A DNA stretch of 57,523 nt from Candidatus Bipolaricaulota bacterium (GTDB taxonomy: Bacteria; Bipolaricaulota; Bipolaricaulia; UBA7950; UBA9294): positions 1-57,523 of the forward strand of contig JBFMGK010000014.1 of assembly GCA_040752575.1 (NCBI GenBank), read 5' to 3'. Numbering within the stretch: the stretch's first letter is position 1; each line of letters begins with the position of its first letter. Below, piece by piece: positions 9,100 to 19,203 of the stretch. Under the pieces are notes generated by a model, which did no database searches, was not told the DNA's origin, and saw only the letters and a list, made by a program, of their open reading frames with translations. Made by a program: the position numbers and the translations under genes.

Positions 9100-10905
9100 G
9101 TGAGACGGCTCAACGTGCTCGTCTGCGCTGGAGCTGCCTGCGTCTCTTCGCAGAGCCAAGAGACTCGCGACGCGCTGCGCGTCGAGGTGGAGCGGCAGGG
9201 CCTGGCCGAGGAAGTGCAGATCGTCGAAACGGGCTGCATGGGCCCTTGCGAGCTGGGACCCGTGCTCGTGGTCTATCCGGACGGAGCGTTCTACGTACGG
9301 GTGAAGCCGGCCGACGCGGCGGAGATCGTGTCCGAGCACTTCCTCAAAGGGCGGCCGGTGCGGCGGCTGCTGTGGGAGGATCCTCAGGCGCGGCGGATCG
9401 TCGAACAGAAAAAGCAGATTCCGTTCTTCGAGAAGCAACTGAAGGTCGTGCTGTCGAACTGCGGTGCGATCGACCCCGAGAACCTCGACGAGTACATCGC
9501 TGTCGGAGGCTACGAAGCGCTGGGGCGCGTCCTGACCGAGCGCTCACCGGCCGAGGCCGTTGCCGAGATCGAGGCCTCCGGGTTGCGCGGCCGGGGCGGA
9601 GCCGGTTTCCCGACGGGGCTGAAGTGGCGCCTTGTCGCGCAGGAGAAGCGCACGCCGAAGTACGTGGTGTGCAATGGGGACGAGGGCGATCCGGGCGCGT
9701 TCATGGATCGATCGCTGCTCGAAGGCGATCCGCACGCCATCCTCGAGGGGATGGCCATCGCGGCGTACGCCGTCGGAGCCGAGAAGGGCTACATCTACGT
9801 GCGGGCCGAGTATCCTCTCGCCATCAGCCGATTGCGCGTGGCGATCGAGCAAGCCCGTCGTGCCGGGCTCCTGGGGACAAGGATCCTCGAAACGGACTTC
9901 TCTTTTGACGTCGAGCTGCGCATCGGAGCGGGCGCCTTCGTGTGCGGCGAAGAGACGGCGCTCATCGCGTCCATCGAGGGGCGACGCGGAATCCCGAGGA
10001 CGCGGCCGCCCTATCCTGCGGCGCGCGGGGTCTTCGACCAACCCACGCTCATCAACAACGTCGAAACCTGGGGAAACATCCGACACATCGCGCTGCGCGG
10101 CGCTGCGTGGTTCCGCACCATGGGCACCGCGACGAGCCCGGGAACGAAGGTCTTCGCGCTGTCGGGCAAGGTACGAAACACGGGTCTTGTTGAGGTTCCC
10201 ATGGGGACGACCCTGCGAGAGCTCGTGTTCGACATCGGCGGCGGCATTCCCGACGGCAAGGCGTGCAAGGCCGTCCAGACGGGCGGGCCGTCGGGAGGCT
10301 GCATTCCGGAGCATCTCCTCGACACGCCGATTGACTACGAGTCGCTCAAGGCCCTCGGAACGATCATGGGCTCAGGCGGCGTTATCGTGATGGACGAGGA
10401 CAACTGCATGGTGAACATCGCAAGGTACTTCCTTGAGTTCACGTGCGACGAGTCTTGCGGTACATGCGTCCCGTGCAGGGCGGGAACGCGCCAGATGCTT
10501 GAGATCCTTGATCGCATCGTCGAAGGACGTGCAGAGGCTGCTGATGTCGAACGACTGCGATCGCTCGGCGAGACGATTCGGCGGACCTCGCTGTGCGGTC
10601 TGGGACAGGCGGCGCCGAATCCCGTCCTGTCGACGATGGAGCACTTTGCGGACGAGTATCGGGCCCACATCGAAGAGGGCCGGTGTCCTGCTCGCGTTTG
10701 CCGCAGCTTGCTGCGTTACGAGATCGACCCGTCCACGTGCCGCGCCTGCGACCGCTGCCGACAGGCGTGCCCGGTGGAGGCGATCACGGGGCAGCCAGGG
10801 AAGGGTTCGTACGTTGTGAACGCGGATGCCTGCATTCGTTGCGGGCGTTGTCGCGACGTGTGTCCGTTCGGCGCGGTGGCCGTGACGAGTGGACGCGAGG
10901 CCTAG
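9100..10905 (+). CDS. NuoF/HydB-like NADH/FMN-binding subunit, long form (copy 1)
   Basis: N-terminal CAGAAC..GCMGPC; GLRGRGGAGFPTG; NGDEGDPGAFMDR; CGEET; ESCGTCVPC; C-terminal CRACDRCRQAC and CIRCGRCRDVC. Confidence 0.93.
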   Translation: MRRLNVLVCAGAACVSSQSQETRDALRVEVERQGLAEEVQIVETGCMGPCELGPVLVVYPDGAFYVRVKPADAAEIVSEHFLKGRPVRRLLWEDPQARRIVEQKKQIPFFEKQLKVVLSNCGAIDPENLDEYIAVGGYEALGRVLTERSPAEAVAEIEASGLRGRGGAGFPTGLKWRLVAQEKRTPKYVVCNGDEGDPGAFMDRSLLEGDPHAILEGMAIAAYAVGAEKGYIYVRAEYPLAISRLRVAIEQARRAGLLGTRILETDFSFDVELRIGAGAFVCGEETALIASIEGRRGIPRTRPPYPAARGVFDQPTLINNVETWGNIRHIALRGAAWFRTMGTATSPGTKVFALSGKVRNTGLVEVPMGTTLRELVFDIGGGIPDGKACKAVQTGGPSGGCIPEHLLDTPIDYESLKALGTIMGSGGVIVMDEDNCMVNIARYFLEFTCDESCGTCVPCRAGTRQMLEILDRIVEGRAEAADVERLRSLGETIRRTSLCGLGQAAPNPVLSTMEHFADEYRAHIEEGRCPARVCRSLLRYEIDPSTCRACDRCRQACPVEAITGQPGKGSYVVNADACIRCGRCRDVCPFGAVAVTSGREA

Positions 10906-10928
10906 CTGGACGGAGTTGGGAGGCGGAA

Positions 10929-11627
10929 TTGGAACGGATCACGGTGAAGATCGACGGGCGGGACATCGTGACGAGCCCCGGTCGGACGATCCTCGAGGTC
11001 GCCAGGGAGAACGGGATTCGTATTCCCACCCTCTGCCATCTCGACGGGCTCTCCGACGTCGGAGCCTGCCGTCTGTGCATTGTCGATGTGCGAGGACAAC
11101 TCGTGACGGCGTGCACGACGCGCGTCGCCGACAAGATGGAAGTCCTGACGGCGACGGAGACGGTCCAGGCCTACCGGCGGACGATTCTTGAGCTCCTGTT
11201 CGCCGAGGGAAATCACATCTGCGCGTTCTGCGTTTCGAACGGAGGGTGCGAGCTTCAGGATCTTGCGTGTGAGCTAGGCATGCACTCGGTGCGCGTGCCT
11301 TACGCGTTCCCACGCCACAGGATCGACGCCAGCCATCCGCGGTTTCTTATCGATCGGGATCGCTGCGTGTTGTGCGGTCGTTGCGTGCGGGTGTGCGCCG
11401 AGGTTGAAGGAGCTCGGACATGGGACTTCGCGGAGCGCGGCAGCCACGCGCGGGTGATCACCGATCTCGACGTGGATTGGGGCGATGCGGCTTCGTGCAC
11501 GAGCTGTGGGAAGTGCGTCGAGGTGTGCCCGACGGGGGCGATCGTCCGCAAAGGAGCGAGCAACGGCGAGATGCGCAAGCGCCCGGAAGTCGTCGCGGGC
11601 CTGAAGGAGAGGAGGAAGCATGGCTAA
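10929..11627 (+). CDS. hoxU: HoxU-like Fe-S subunit
   Basis: IPTLCH, GACRLC, TACTT, NHICAFC, CVLCGRCVRVC, CTSCGKCVEVCPTGA; TTG start after GGGAGG. Confidence 0.85.
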   Translation: MERITVKIDGRDIVTSPGRTILEVARENGIRIPTLCHLDGLSDVGACRLCIVDVRGQLVTACTTRVADKMEVLTATETVQAYRRTILELLFAEGNHICAFCVSNGGCELQDLACELGMHSVRVPYAFPRHRIDASHPRFLIDRDRCVLCGRCVRVCAEVEGARTWDFAERGSHARVITDLDVDWGDAASCTSCGKCVEVCPTGAIVRKGASNGEMRKRPEVVAGLKERRKHG

Positions 11628-12156
11628 GGTGCGCGTGGCCACGATGTGGTTCAGCGGATGCGCCGGCTGCCACATGTCGTTCCTCGACATCGACGAGACG
11701 TTGATCGATCTCGCCGGGATGATCGAGCTGTACAACAGCCCTCTCACCGACCTCAAGACGTTCCCCGAGGCAGGAGCGGACGTCACCCTCATCGAGGGAG
11801 CGGTTGCGAACGAAGAGCACCTGCACCTCGCGCGCGTGGCGAGAGAGAAGTCGAAGATCATCGTGGCTCTGGGGGACTGCGCGGTGACCGGCAACGTGCC
11901 CTCGCTGCGCAACGGGATGGATCCCGACCAGATGATCGAGGGGATCTACGGGAAGCCGGCCACGTCCAACGGCGAGCTTCCGTACGAAGTCGTCCCGCAC
12001 CTCTTGGGGCGGGTCCGGCCGCTCTCTGAAGTCATCCCGGTCGACTACTTCCTCCACGGATGTCCTCCGCCAGCTTCGCTGATTGCGAAGGCCGTTCTCG
12101 CGCTGGTGCAAGGCAAGACGCCGGAACTCGCCGGCGCCGACCTCAAGTTCGGATAG
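11620..12156 (+). CDS. hoxY: [NiFe] hydrogenase small subunit, short group 3d-like form
   Basis: [25 protein letters not shown]; 178 aa. Confidence 0.88.
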   Translation: MAKVRVATMWFSGCAGCHMSFLDIDETLIDLAGMIELYNSPLTDLKTFPEAGADVTLIEGAVANEEHLHLARVAREKSKIIVALGDCAVTGNVPSLRNGMDPDQMIEGIYGKPATSNGELPYEVVPHLLGRVRPLSEVIPVDYFLHGCPPPASLIAKAVLALVQGKTPELAGADLKFG

Positions 12157-12170
12157 CGGAAGGAAGACAG

Positions 12171-13592
12171 ATGGAAAGGCAGATACACATCGAGCCGGTG
12201 ACGCGAATTGAAGGGCATGCGAAGATCACCGTGTTCCTCGACGCATCGGGCGACGTCCGCGACGCCCAGTTCCACGTAACGGAGCTGCGGGGATTCGAGC
12301 AGTTCTGCGTTGGACGAACCCTCTGGGAAATGCCCGGGCTGACGGCACGCATCTGCGGAATCTGTCCCATCAGCCACATTCTCGCCTCGGCGAAGACGTG
12401 CGACGCGATCCTTGCCGTGCAGATCCCCGAGACGGCCGTCTTGCTGCGCCGGCTCATGAACCTCGGTCAGATCGTGCAGTCGCACGCGCTGAGCTTCTTC
12501 TACCTCTCGGCTCCGGACTTCCTCTTGGGGTGGGATTCCGATCCGGCAACGCGCAACGTCATCGGACTCGTCGCCGCCGACCCCGGCCTCGCCAGAAAGG
12601 GGATTCGCTTGCGCGCCTACGGTCAGGAGATCCTGGCGCGTCTCGGCGGCAAGAGGATCCACCCGGGATGGGCGGTGCCCGGCGGCGTCAACCAAGCCCT
12701 CTCTGCGCCCGACCGAACGTGGATGGTCGAAAGCCTTCCCGAAGCGATCTCGACGACGCAGGAAGCCCTTGCGCTGTTCAAGGCGAAGTTCGGCAGCAAG
12801 GACGACCGCACGGTGCTCACGGAGTTCCCGAGCATGTACATGGGGCTCGTCCGACCTGACGGCGCATGGGAGCACTACGCCGGCGTTCTGCGGCTCGTCG
12901 ATGCCAAGGGGAAGGTTGTCGTCGCCGCCCATGACCCCTCTCGGTATTTCGAGATCCTCCACGAGGCGTCGGAGCCTTGGACGTACCTCAAGTTCCCCTA
13001 CTACGTTCCCAAGGGTTATCCCGACGGCATGTATCGCGTGGGTCCGCTCGGCCGGGTGAATGCGTGCGACCGTTTCGCGACGCCGCTGGCGCAGGCCGAA
13101 CTCGAGGAGTTCCGCGACCGCTCCGGGGGACGTTCCGGAAGAGTGTTCGACTACCACTACGCACGGCTCATCGAGATCCTGGGCTCGCTCGAGGAGATCG
13201 GCGAGCTCCTCGCCGACGAGCGCATCACGTCGCCGGAGATCCGCGCCGAGGCCGGCGTCAACGCGCGGGAGGGGGTGGGCGTTCATGAAGCCCCTCGAGG
13301 AACGCTGATCCATCACTACTGGGTGGACCGCAACGGGATCATCGAGAAGGCAAATCTCATCGTCTCCACCGGGCACAACAACCTCGCCATGAACCGCGCG
13401 GTCCGCGAGATCGCCAAGGCGTACATCAAGAAGGGCAAGGTCACCGAAGGCATGCTGAACCGGATCGAAGGCGGGATCCGCGCCTACGATCCCTGCCTCT
13501 CCTGTTCTGTCCATGCGGTAGGGCACATGCCGCTCGTCGTGGATGTGGTGAACGCCGAGGGTGCCGTCGAGACCACCTTGGCGAGGGAGTAG
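12171..13592 (+). CDS. hoxH: [NiFe] hydrogenase large subunit, group 3d-like
   Basis: PVTRIEGH, L1 [22 protein letters not shown]2 [10 protein letters not shown] plus cleavable tail. Confidence 0.92.
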   Translation: MERQIHIEPVTRIEGHAKITVFLDASGDVRDAQFHVTELRGFEQFCVGRTLWEMPGLTARICGICPISHILASAKTCDAILAVQIPETAVLLRRLMNLGQIVQSHALSFFYLSAPDFLLGWDSDPATRNVIGLVAADPGLARKGIRLRAYGQEILARLGGKRIHPGWAVPGGVNQALSAPDRTWMVESLPEAISTTQEALALFKAKFGSKDDRTVLTEFPSMYMGLVRPDGAWEHYAGVLRLVDAKGKVVVAAHDPSRYFEILHEASEPWTYLKFPYYVPKGYPDGMYRVGPLGRVNACDRFATPLAQAELEEFRDRSGGRSGRVFDYHYARLIEILGSLEEIGELLADERITSPEIRAEAGVNAREGVGVHEAPRGTLIHHYWVDRNGIIEKANLIVSTGHNNLAMNRAVREIAKAYIKKGKVTEGMLNRIEGGIRAYDPCLSCSVHAVGHMPLVVDVVNAEGAVETTLARE

Positions 13593-13604
13593 CCTCAAGC
13601 GGAC

Positions 13605-14057
13605 ATGGACGTTGTGATCGGGATCGGCAATGAGCTACGCGGCGATGATGGCGTCGGCCTTCGGGTGGTGCGCGGATTGCCCTCGCGTCCGTACGTCACG
13701 ACGGTCGCCGTGCACCAGCTGACGCCCGACCTGGCGGAGCTTCTCTCCGAGGCGGAGCGCGTGTTGTTCGTTGATGCGCACGCGCGGGCGACGACGCTGC
13801 AGCTTCAGGCCGTCGCGCCGTCGGAGTTTGCGGGCGGAATCGGCCACTCGGTGGTCCCGGGTACGCTGCTGGCGTGGACGGCCGCTCTGTCCGGCCGCGT
13901 GCCCGAGGGTTGGGTGCTCGGCATTCCTGCGCAGACGTTCGACGTGGGAGAGGAGTTGAGCCCGGAGGCCGAGCGTGCCGTTCCTGCGGCGCGGCGAGCC
14001 GTGCTGAAATGGCTGGATCGCGCGGGGGACCCGCTGCGCGATGAGGAGGACGCGTGA
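13605..14057 (+). CDS. hoxW: hydrogenase maturation endopeptidase
   Basis: IGIGNELRGDDGVG, HQLTP, FVDA; follows large subunit. Confidence 0.85.
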   Translation: MDVVIGIGNELRGDDGVGLRVVRGLPSRPYVTTVAVHQLTPDLAELLSEAERVLFVDAHARATTLQLQAVAPSEFAGGIGHSVVPGTLLAWTAALSGRVPEGWVLGIPAQTFDVGEELSPEAERAVPAARRAVLKWLDRAGDPLRDEEDA

Positions 14058-14515
14058 AGGAGCTGCTCGGGAAGTACCCGGCTTCGAAGGAGTATCTGCT
14101 CGACATCCTGCACGAGGTGCAGAATGCCGAACCGAGGCACTATCTGACCCGCGACGCGCTGTGCGCCGTCGCGCACCATGTGAACGTCCCGTTGTCCGAG
14201 GTCGTGAGCACGGCGACGTTCTACTCGATGTACAGCCTTGCCCCACGCGGTCGACACATCGTGCGAATCTGCGAGTCCCCTCCCTGTCAGCTCGTTGGGG
14301 CCGACACGCTCGTCGACTTACTCTGCGCGGAGCTCGGAGTCGCCGTGGGCCAGACCACCGAAGACGGGGCGTTCACGCTCGAGACGACGAGTTGCCTTGG
14401 GGTCTGCGGCGTGGCCCCCGCGATGATGATCGACGAGGAGCTTTACGGGAACTTGACGAAAGAGAAGATCCTCGGCGCCCTGGCCGACGTGAGGAGAAGA
14501 GATGCCGCGAGCTAG
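14054..14515 (+). CDS. NuoE/HoxE-like [2Fe-2S] subunit (copy 2)
   Basis: ATFYSMY, CESPPC, CLGVCGVAP. Confidence 0.9.
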   Translation: MKELLGKYPASKEYLLDILHEVQNAEPRHYLTRDALCAVAHHVNVPLSEVVSTATFYSMYSLAPRGRHIVRICESPPCQLVGADTLVDLLCAELGVAVGQTTEDGAFTLETTSCLGVCGVAPAMMIDEELYGNLTKEKILGALADVRRRDAAS

Positions 14516-16082
14516 AGGACATGTGCTGATCGCGGTCAACGACGAAGCGTTGCTCGCCGGTGCGCGGGATGTTGCGGCGGCGCTCGCCGAGCGGCTGGCC
14601 GACGCCGGGCTCGCCGAGGAGTTCCGAGTCATCGAGACCGGAGATGTCGGGATCGCGGGTCGGGGGGTTGTGTTGGTCATCTACCCCGACGGCGTCCGAT
14701 ATGGGCGGGTTGCGGTGGCCGACGTGGCCGAGATCGTCTCCGAGCACCTGCTGAAAGGGCGGCCGGTCGAGCGCTTGCGGCTCGGCCCGGCGCCCACGCG
14801 GCCCACGGGGCTGGTGCGCCGGCAGGCGAGAATCGTCCTCGAGAACTGCGGGCGTATCGACCCCGAAAGCCTTGACGAAGCGATCGCTTCAGGAGCCTAT
14901 GAAGCGATCGCAAAGCTGCTCGAGACCCAGGCGCAACCGGCCGATGTCGTGGCGGAGGTGAAGCGGTCGGGTCTTCGGGGGCGAGGCGGCGCGGGCTTCC
15001 CGACGGGGCTCAAGTGGTCGTTCACGGGCCCCGGCGACGTGAAGTACATCGTCTGCAACGCCGACGAGGGCGAGCCGGGGACGTTCAAGGATCGTCTGAT
15101 TCTCGAGGGCGATCCGCATCGGCTCCTCGAGGGGATGATGATCGCCGGGTATGCGGTGGGAGCGTCGAAGGGCTACGTCTACGTGCGGGGCGAGTACGGC
15201 CTTTCGATTCGGCGCCTGCAACAAGCGATCGACGCCGCGCGCGGCGCCGGCCTCCTGGGCGAGCACGTCCTGGAGTCCCCGTTCGCGTTCGACGTCGAGA
15301 TCAAGCAGGGTGCCGGGGCCTACGTCTGCGGCGAGGAGACCTCGCTCATCGAGTCGATCGAGGGCAAGCGTGGCTATCCCCGGATCAAGCCGCCCTATCC
15401 CGGTGCTGTCGGCCTCTGGGGACGTCCGACCGTCGTCAACAACGTCGAGACCCTCGCCAATGTCCCCCCGATCGTGCTTCGCGGGGCAGCGTGGTTCCGG
15501 GGATTCGGGACCGAGGGCAGCCCGGGGACCAAGGTCTACACCATTCTGGGACACGTCCGGAATCCTGGTCTGATCGAAGTGGAGATGGGGACACCGTTGC
15601 GGACGATCCTCGAGGAGTACGGGGGCGGGGTTCGGGACGGAAAGCGATTCAAGGCAGCGCTGCTCGGAGGCGCGGCCGGCGCGATCGTCGGCGAGGCCGG
15701 GCTGGACGTGCCGATGGATTTCGACGGGCCGAAGGAGTTCGCCGCGGTGCTCGGATCGGGGGCGATCCTCGTTCTCGACGAGGATGCTTCGATTGTCGAA
15801 CTGCTCCACAGCATTCTCCGCTTCTTCCGGCACGAGTCGTGCGGGCAATGCGCGCCATGCCGCGGAGGCACGGCGGCGCTCGTTGAGATCTCGGAGCGCA
15901 TCCGCTCGGGGAGCGGAACGCCGTCGGATCTCGAACGCCTCGTGAGCGTGGCCGCCGCTATGCAGGGTGCGTCGCTCTGCCCGTTGGGGCAGTCCCCGAT
16001 CCTCCCCATCAGGACGGCCTTGGGCGTGTTCCGCGAGGAATTCTCTGCCCGAATCGCGTCGCCGAGTGCAGCGGTCCGATAG
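14502..16082 (+). CDS. NuoF/HoxF-like NADH/FMN-binding subunit, short form (copy 2)
   Basis: GLRGRGGAGFPTG, NADEGEPGTFKDR, CGEET, ESCGQCAPC..SLCPLG; no C-terminal ferredoxin domain. Confidence 0.9.
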   Translation: MPRARGHVLIAVNDEALLAGARDVAAALAERLADAGLAEEFRVIETGDVGIAGRGVVLVIYPDGVRYGRVAVADVAEIVSEHLLKGRPVERLRLGPAPTRPTGLVRRQARIVLENCGRIDPESLDEAIASGAYEAIAKLLETQAQPADVVAEVKRSGLRGRGGAGFPTGLKWSFTGPGDVKYIVCNADEGEPGTFKDRLILEGDPHRLLEGMMIAGYAVGASKGYVYVRGEYGLSIRRLQQAIDAARGAGLLGEHVLESPFAFDVEIKQGAGAYVCGEETSLIESIEGKRGYPRIKPPYPGAVGLWGRPTVVNNVETLANVPPIVLRGAAWFRGFGTEGSPGTKVYTILGHVRNPGLIEVEMGTPLRTILEEYGGGVRDGKRFKAALLGGAAGAIVGEAGLDVPMDFDGPKEFAAVLGSGAILVLDEDASIVELLHSILRFFRHESCGQCAPCRGGTAALVEISERIRSGSGTPSDLERLVSVAAAMQGASLCPLGQSPILPIRTALGVFREEFSARIASPSAAVR

Positions 16083-16152
16083 CCTTGACGCAGGGCGCGT
16101 AGTTGCCGTCGCGCTCTCGGCCGGCTACAAAGGTGGCGGGACGGAGGTGGGC

Positions 16153-17640
16153 ATGGCGCGGCGCGTTCGCATGGAGCCCTCGAGGACGCTGACGGAGTTC
16201 CGTCTGCTCCCGGGACTGACAACGCGCGAAGCGGGGATCGAGCGGGTGTCGCTCGACAGCCCGTTGGTCCTCGCTCCCGGCGGCGCCGTGCGACTGAAGG
16301 TCCCGGTCCTCGCCGCGGCGATGCAGTCGGTCTCTGGGTCCCGGATGGGGATCGAACTGGCTCGCCTTGGCGGCGCCGCGGTGATCTTTGCCTCGCAGCC
16401 GATCGCCGACGAAGCGGCGATGGTCGCGCGGATCAAGGCTCACAAGGCGGGTTTCGTCGAGCCACGGACGATTGGCCCGCAGACTCCGCTCCGCGAGGTC
16501 GACGCGCTTCGACGCTCCCATGGGTACTCGACCTTTCCCGTCGTAGACGTCGAGGGCCGCCTGCTGGGGCTCATCACGCGGCGCGACTACGACGCTCGCG
16601 TCCACGGCGATGTCCCCGCCGCCGAGCGGATGATCCCTCGCGCTCAGCTTGACGTCGGGATGGGGATCAAGGACCTCGAAGAAGCGAACGGGCTCCTGAT
16701 TCAAGGGCACCGTTCGGTCCTCCCGATTGTCGATGCCGACGATCGCCTGCTTGCGCTCGTCTTCCGGAAGGACATCGAGGATCACCTGGACAACCCCGAC
16801 CAGGTCGTCGACGAGAAGAAGCGGCTTCTTGCGGTGGCGGCGATCAACACCCACGACTACCGCGAACGTGTCCCAGCCCTTGCCGAGGCCGATGTCGACG
16901 TCCTGGTCGTCGACTCGTCCGACGGGCACTCTGCGTTCCAGATCGAGGCAATCGAGTGGATCAAAGCGCGCTATCCGAAGCTACCCGTCATGGGCGGCAA
17001 CGTCATCACGGCCGATGGCTTCGACGCACTGGTCGCTGCGGGGGCCGGCGCCGTCAAGGTGGGCATGGGCGGCGGTTCGATCTGTATCACACAGGAGCAG
17101 AAGGGAACGGGCCGCGGGCTTGCGACGGCGATCATCGACGTCGCGGCGGCTAGGGATCGCCATGCCGAAAAGGCCGGGGCGCACGTCCCGATCGTCGCCG
17201 ACGGAGGGATCGTCAACTCGAAGGACGTGGTCATCGCCCTCGCCTTGGGCGCCGATGCGGTCATGATGGGGCGCTTCTTCGCGCGGATGGAGGAGTCCCC
17301 CACCGAGACGGTCCGCATCGGTGAACGCGTGATGAAGCCGTACTGGGGCGAGGGGTCGGCGCGGGCACGGGAGTGGAGCCCGGCCCGCTATCGCCAGGCA
17401 GCTTTCGTCGAAGGCGTCGAGGGATTCGTCGAGTACGCCGGGAAGCTGCGCGACAACTTGCCGCTGCTCGTCAGCAAGGTCAAGGCCGCCATGTCATCGT
17501 GCGGCTGCGCGACGGTGGACGAACTCCATCGCGAGGCCGAACTCGAACTGGTCTCGGCCCTGGCGATTCGCGAGGGCAAGGTGCACGACGTCCTGCAACT
17601 CGGCGGCGAGCCGGACGCGCTGTCGAGTTGGAGCGTGTAG
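16153..17640 (+). CDS. guaB: IMP dehydrogenase with CBS domains
   Basis: AAMQSV, VDSSDG, KVGMGGGSICIT, ADGGI, MMGRFFA, YWGEGS; next to purB. Confidence 0.9.
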   Translation: MARRVRMEPSRTLTEFRLLPGLTTREAGIERVSLDSPLVLAPGGAVRLKVPVLAAAMQSVSGSRMGIELARLGGAAVIFASQPIADEAAMVARIKAHKAGFVEPRTIGPQTPLREVDALRRSHGYSTFPVVDVEGRLLGLITRRDYDARVHGDVPAAERMIPRAQLDVGMGIKDLEEANGLLIQGHRSVLPIVDADDRLLALVFRKDIEDHLDNPDQVVDEKKRLLAVAAINTHDYRERVPALAEADVDVLVVDSSDGHSAFQIEAIEWIKARYPKLPVMGGNVITADGFDALVAAGAGAVKVGMGGGSICITQEQKGTGRGLATAIIDVAAARDRHAEKAGAHVPIVADGGIVNSKDVVIALALGADAVMMGRFFARMEESPTETVRIGERVMKPYWGEGSARAREWSPARYRQAAFVEGVEGFVEYAGKLRDNLPLLVSKVKAAMSSCGCATVDELHREAELELVSALAIREGKVHDVLQLGGEPDALSSWSV

Positions 17641-17651
17641 GAGGAGGGAAG

Positions 17652-19010
17652 ATGCGCGAGATCTCGCCGTTGGATGGGCGGTACGCGCAGACGGTCGGCG
17701 CTCTGGGCTCGTACTTCTCGGAGCACGCGCTCGCCGAGGCCCGCTGCGAGGTCGAGCTTCGCTATCTCCTGGCGTTGGACGAGACCGAGGTCCTGCCTCG
17801 CCTCTCGCGGGACGAACGAGACCGGATCGGCGCCGCGATCGGCTGCCTCTCCGACGCCGAGTTTGCACGGATCCGCGAGATCGAACGCGACACCCAGCAC
17901 GACGTGAAGGCGTGCGAGATGTTCTTGCGCGAGAAGCTTGCGCTGGCTCATCCGGAGGCCCTTCACTTCGGTCTCACGTCCGAGGACGTGACGAACCTCG
18001 CCTATGGGCTGATTCTCTCTCGCTACCGAGACCGCGAGCAGCTTCCGCAGCTGCGCCGACTGGTGGCCCGGCTGACCGACGAAGCCGAACGCTGGGCCGC
18101 CTCGCCGTTTCCGGCGCGCACGCACGGCCAGGCCGCATCCCCGACCACCTACGGTAAGGAACTCGCGGTGTTCGTCTCACGCCTTGTGCGCCAAGGGAAG
18201 GCGCTGGAGTGCCTGGACTTCTGCGGCAAGTTCTCGGGGGCGACGGGAACGTGTGCCGCGTGGGTCGCCGCCGCGCCGGGAATCGACTGGCTTGCGTTCT
18301 CCGAGGCGTTCATCGCCTCGCTCGGGCTCGAGCCCGAGCCGTGCGCGACGCAGATCGACGATGGCGACAAACTTGCCGAGTACTTCTCGATCGTCCAGCG
18401 TTTGAACGGAATCCTGATCGACCTCGACGTGGACCTCTGGGAGTACATCTCGCGTGGCGATCTCGCGCAGGCGGCGCGCGCCGGCGAAGTGGGATCCTCG
18501 ACGATGCCTCACAAGGTCAACCCGATTCACTTCGAGAACAGCGAGGGCAACGCTGCCCTGTCGACGGCCCTGTTGGGAGCACTCTCTGCGAAGCTCACCC
18601 AATCGAGAATGCAGCGCGATCTCTCGAATTCGACGGTGAAGCGATCGATCGGCGTTGCGCTCGCGCATGCCTTCCTTGCCGTGGAACAGACGATGAACGG
18701 CTTGTCGCGCGTCACGCTCGCGGAGGACGCGGCACGGCGCCACGTCGACGAAGCGCCCGAGACGCTTGCCGAGGCGTACCAGACCATCCTGCGTGCGGCC
18801 GGCGTCGGCGATGCCTACGAGACGCTTCGCGAACTGGCCCGCGGACGCCGGGTCGATCTTGCGGCACTGCGGGCGTGGATTGAGTCCCTCAACGTGGCTC
18901 CCGCGGTGAAGGCGCGACTCGCGGCGCTGGAGCCGGCCGATTACCTAGGGCGAGCGGCCGAGATCGCGCGCCGCGCCGCGGCCGACGCGCGCTCCTGGCT
19001 GGGGCGCTAA
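17652..19010 (+). CDS. purB: adenylosuccinate lyase
   Basis: ISPLDGRY, HDVKACE, HFGLTSED, ARTHGQ, GSSTMPHKVNPIHFENSEGN. Confidence 0.93.
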   Translation: MREISPLDGRYAQTVGALGSYFSEHALAEARCEVELRYLLALDETEVLPRLSRDERDRIGAAIGCLSDAEFARIREIERDTQHDVKACEMFLREKLALAHPEALHFGLTSEDVTNLAYGLILSRYRDREQLPQLRRLVARLTDEAERWAASPFPARTHGQAASPTTYGKELAVFVSRLVRQGKALECLDFCGKFSGATGTCAAWVAAAPGIDWLAFSEAFIASLGLEPEPCATQIDDGDKLAEYFSIVQRLNGILIDLDVDLWEYISRGDLAQAARAGEVGSSTMPHKVNPIHFENSEGNAALSTALLGALSAKLTQSRMQRDLSNSTVKRSIGVALAHAFLAVEQTMNGLSRVTLAEDAARRHVDEAPETLAEAYQTILRAAGVGDAYETLRELARGRRVDLAALRAWIESLNVAPAVKARLAALEPADYLGRAAEIARRAAADARSWLGR

Positions 19011-19203
19011 GCCCCCGGAGAACCCCGCAAACGCAGACACCGATCACCCCTCCGCCGGACCCCGGTTCCTTCCCTTGATGTGACGAAGATCACACCCCCG
19101 CTCGCCGCTCGTCATCCCTTCGCAAGAGCGAGGCGGCTAGCCTCGTGTCAGCCTGGCTGGGAGACCGGCACCGGCTGTCTGGTGTGGAAAGGGAGTGGTG
19201 CAC

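Noticed and set aside
13480..13530. Selenocysteine in the hydrogenase L2 motif
   Set aside because: DPCLSC uses ordinary Cys codons; no in-frame TGA
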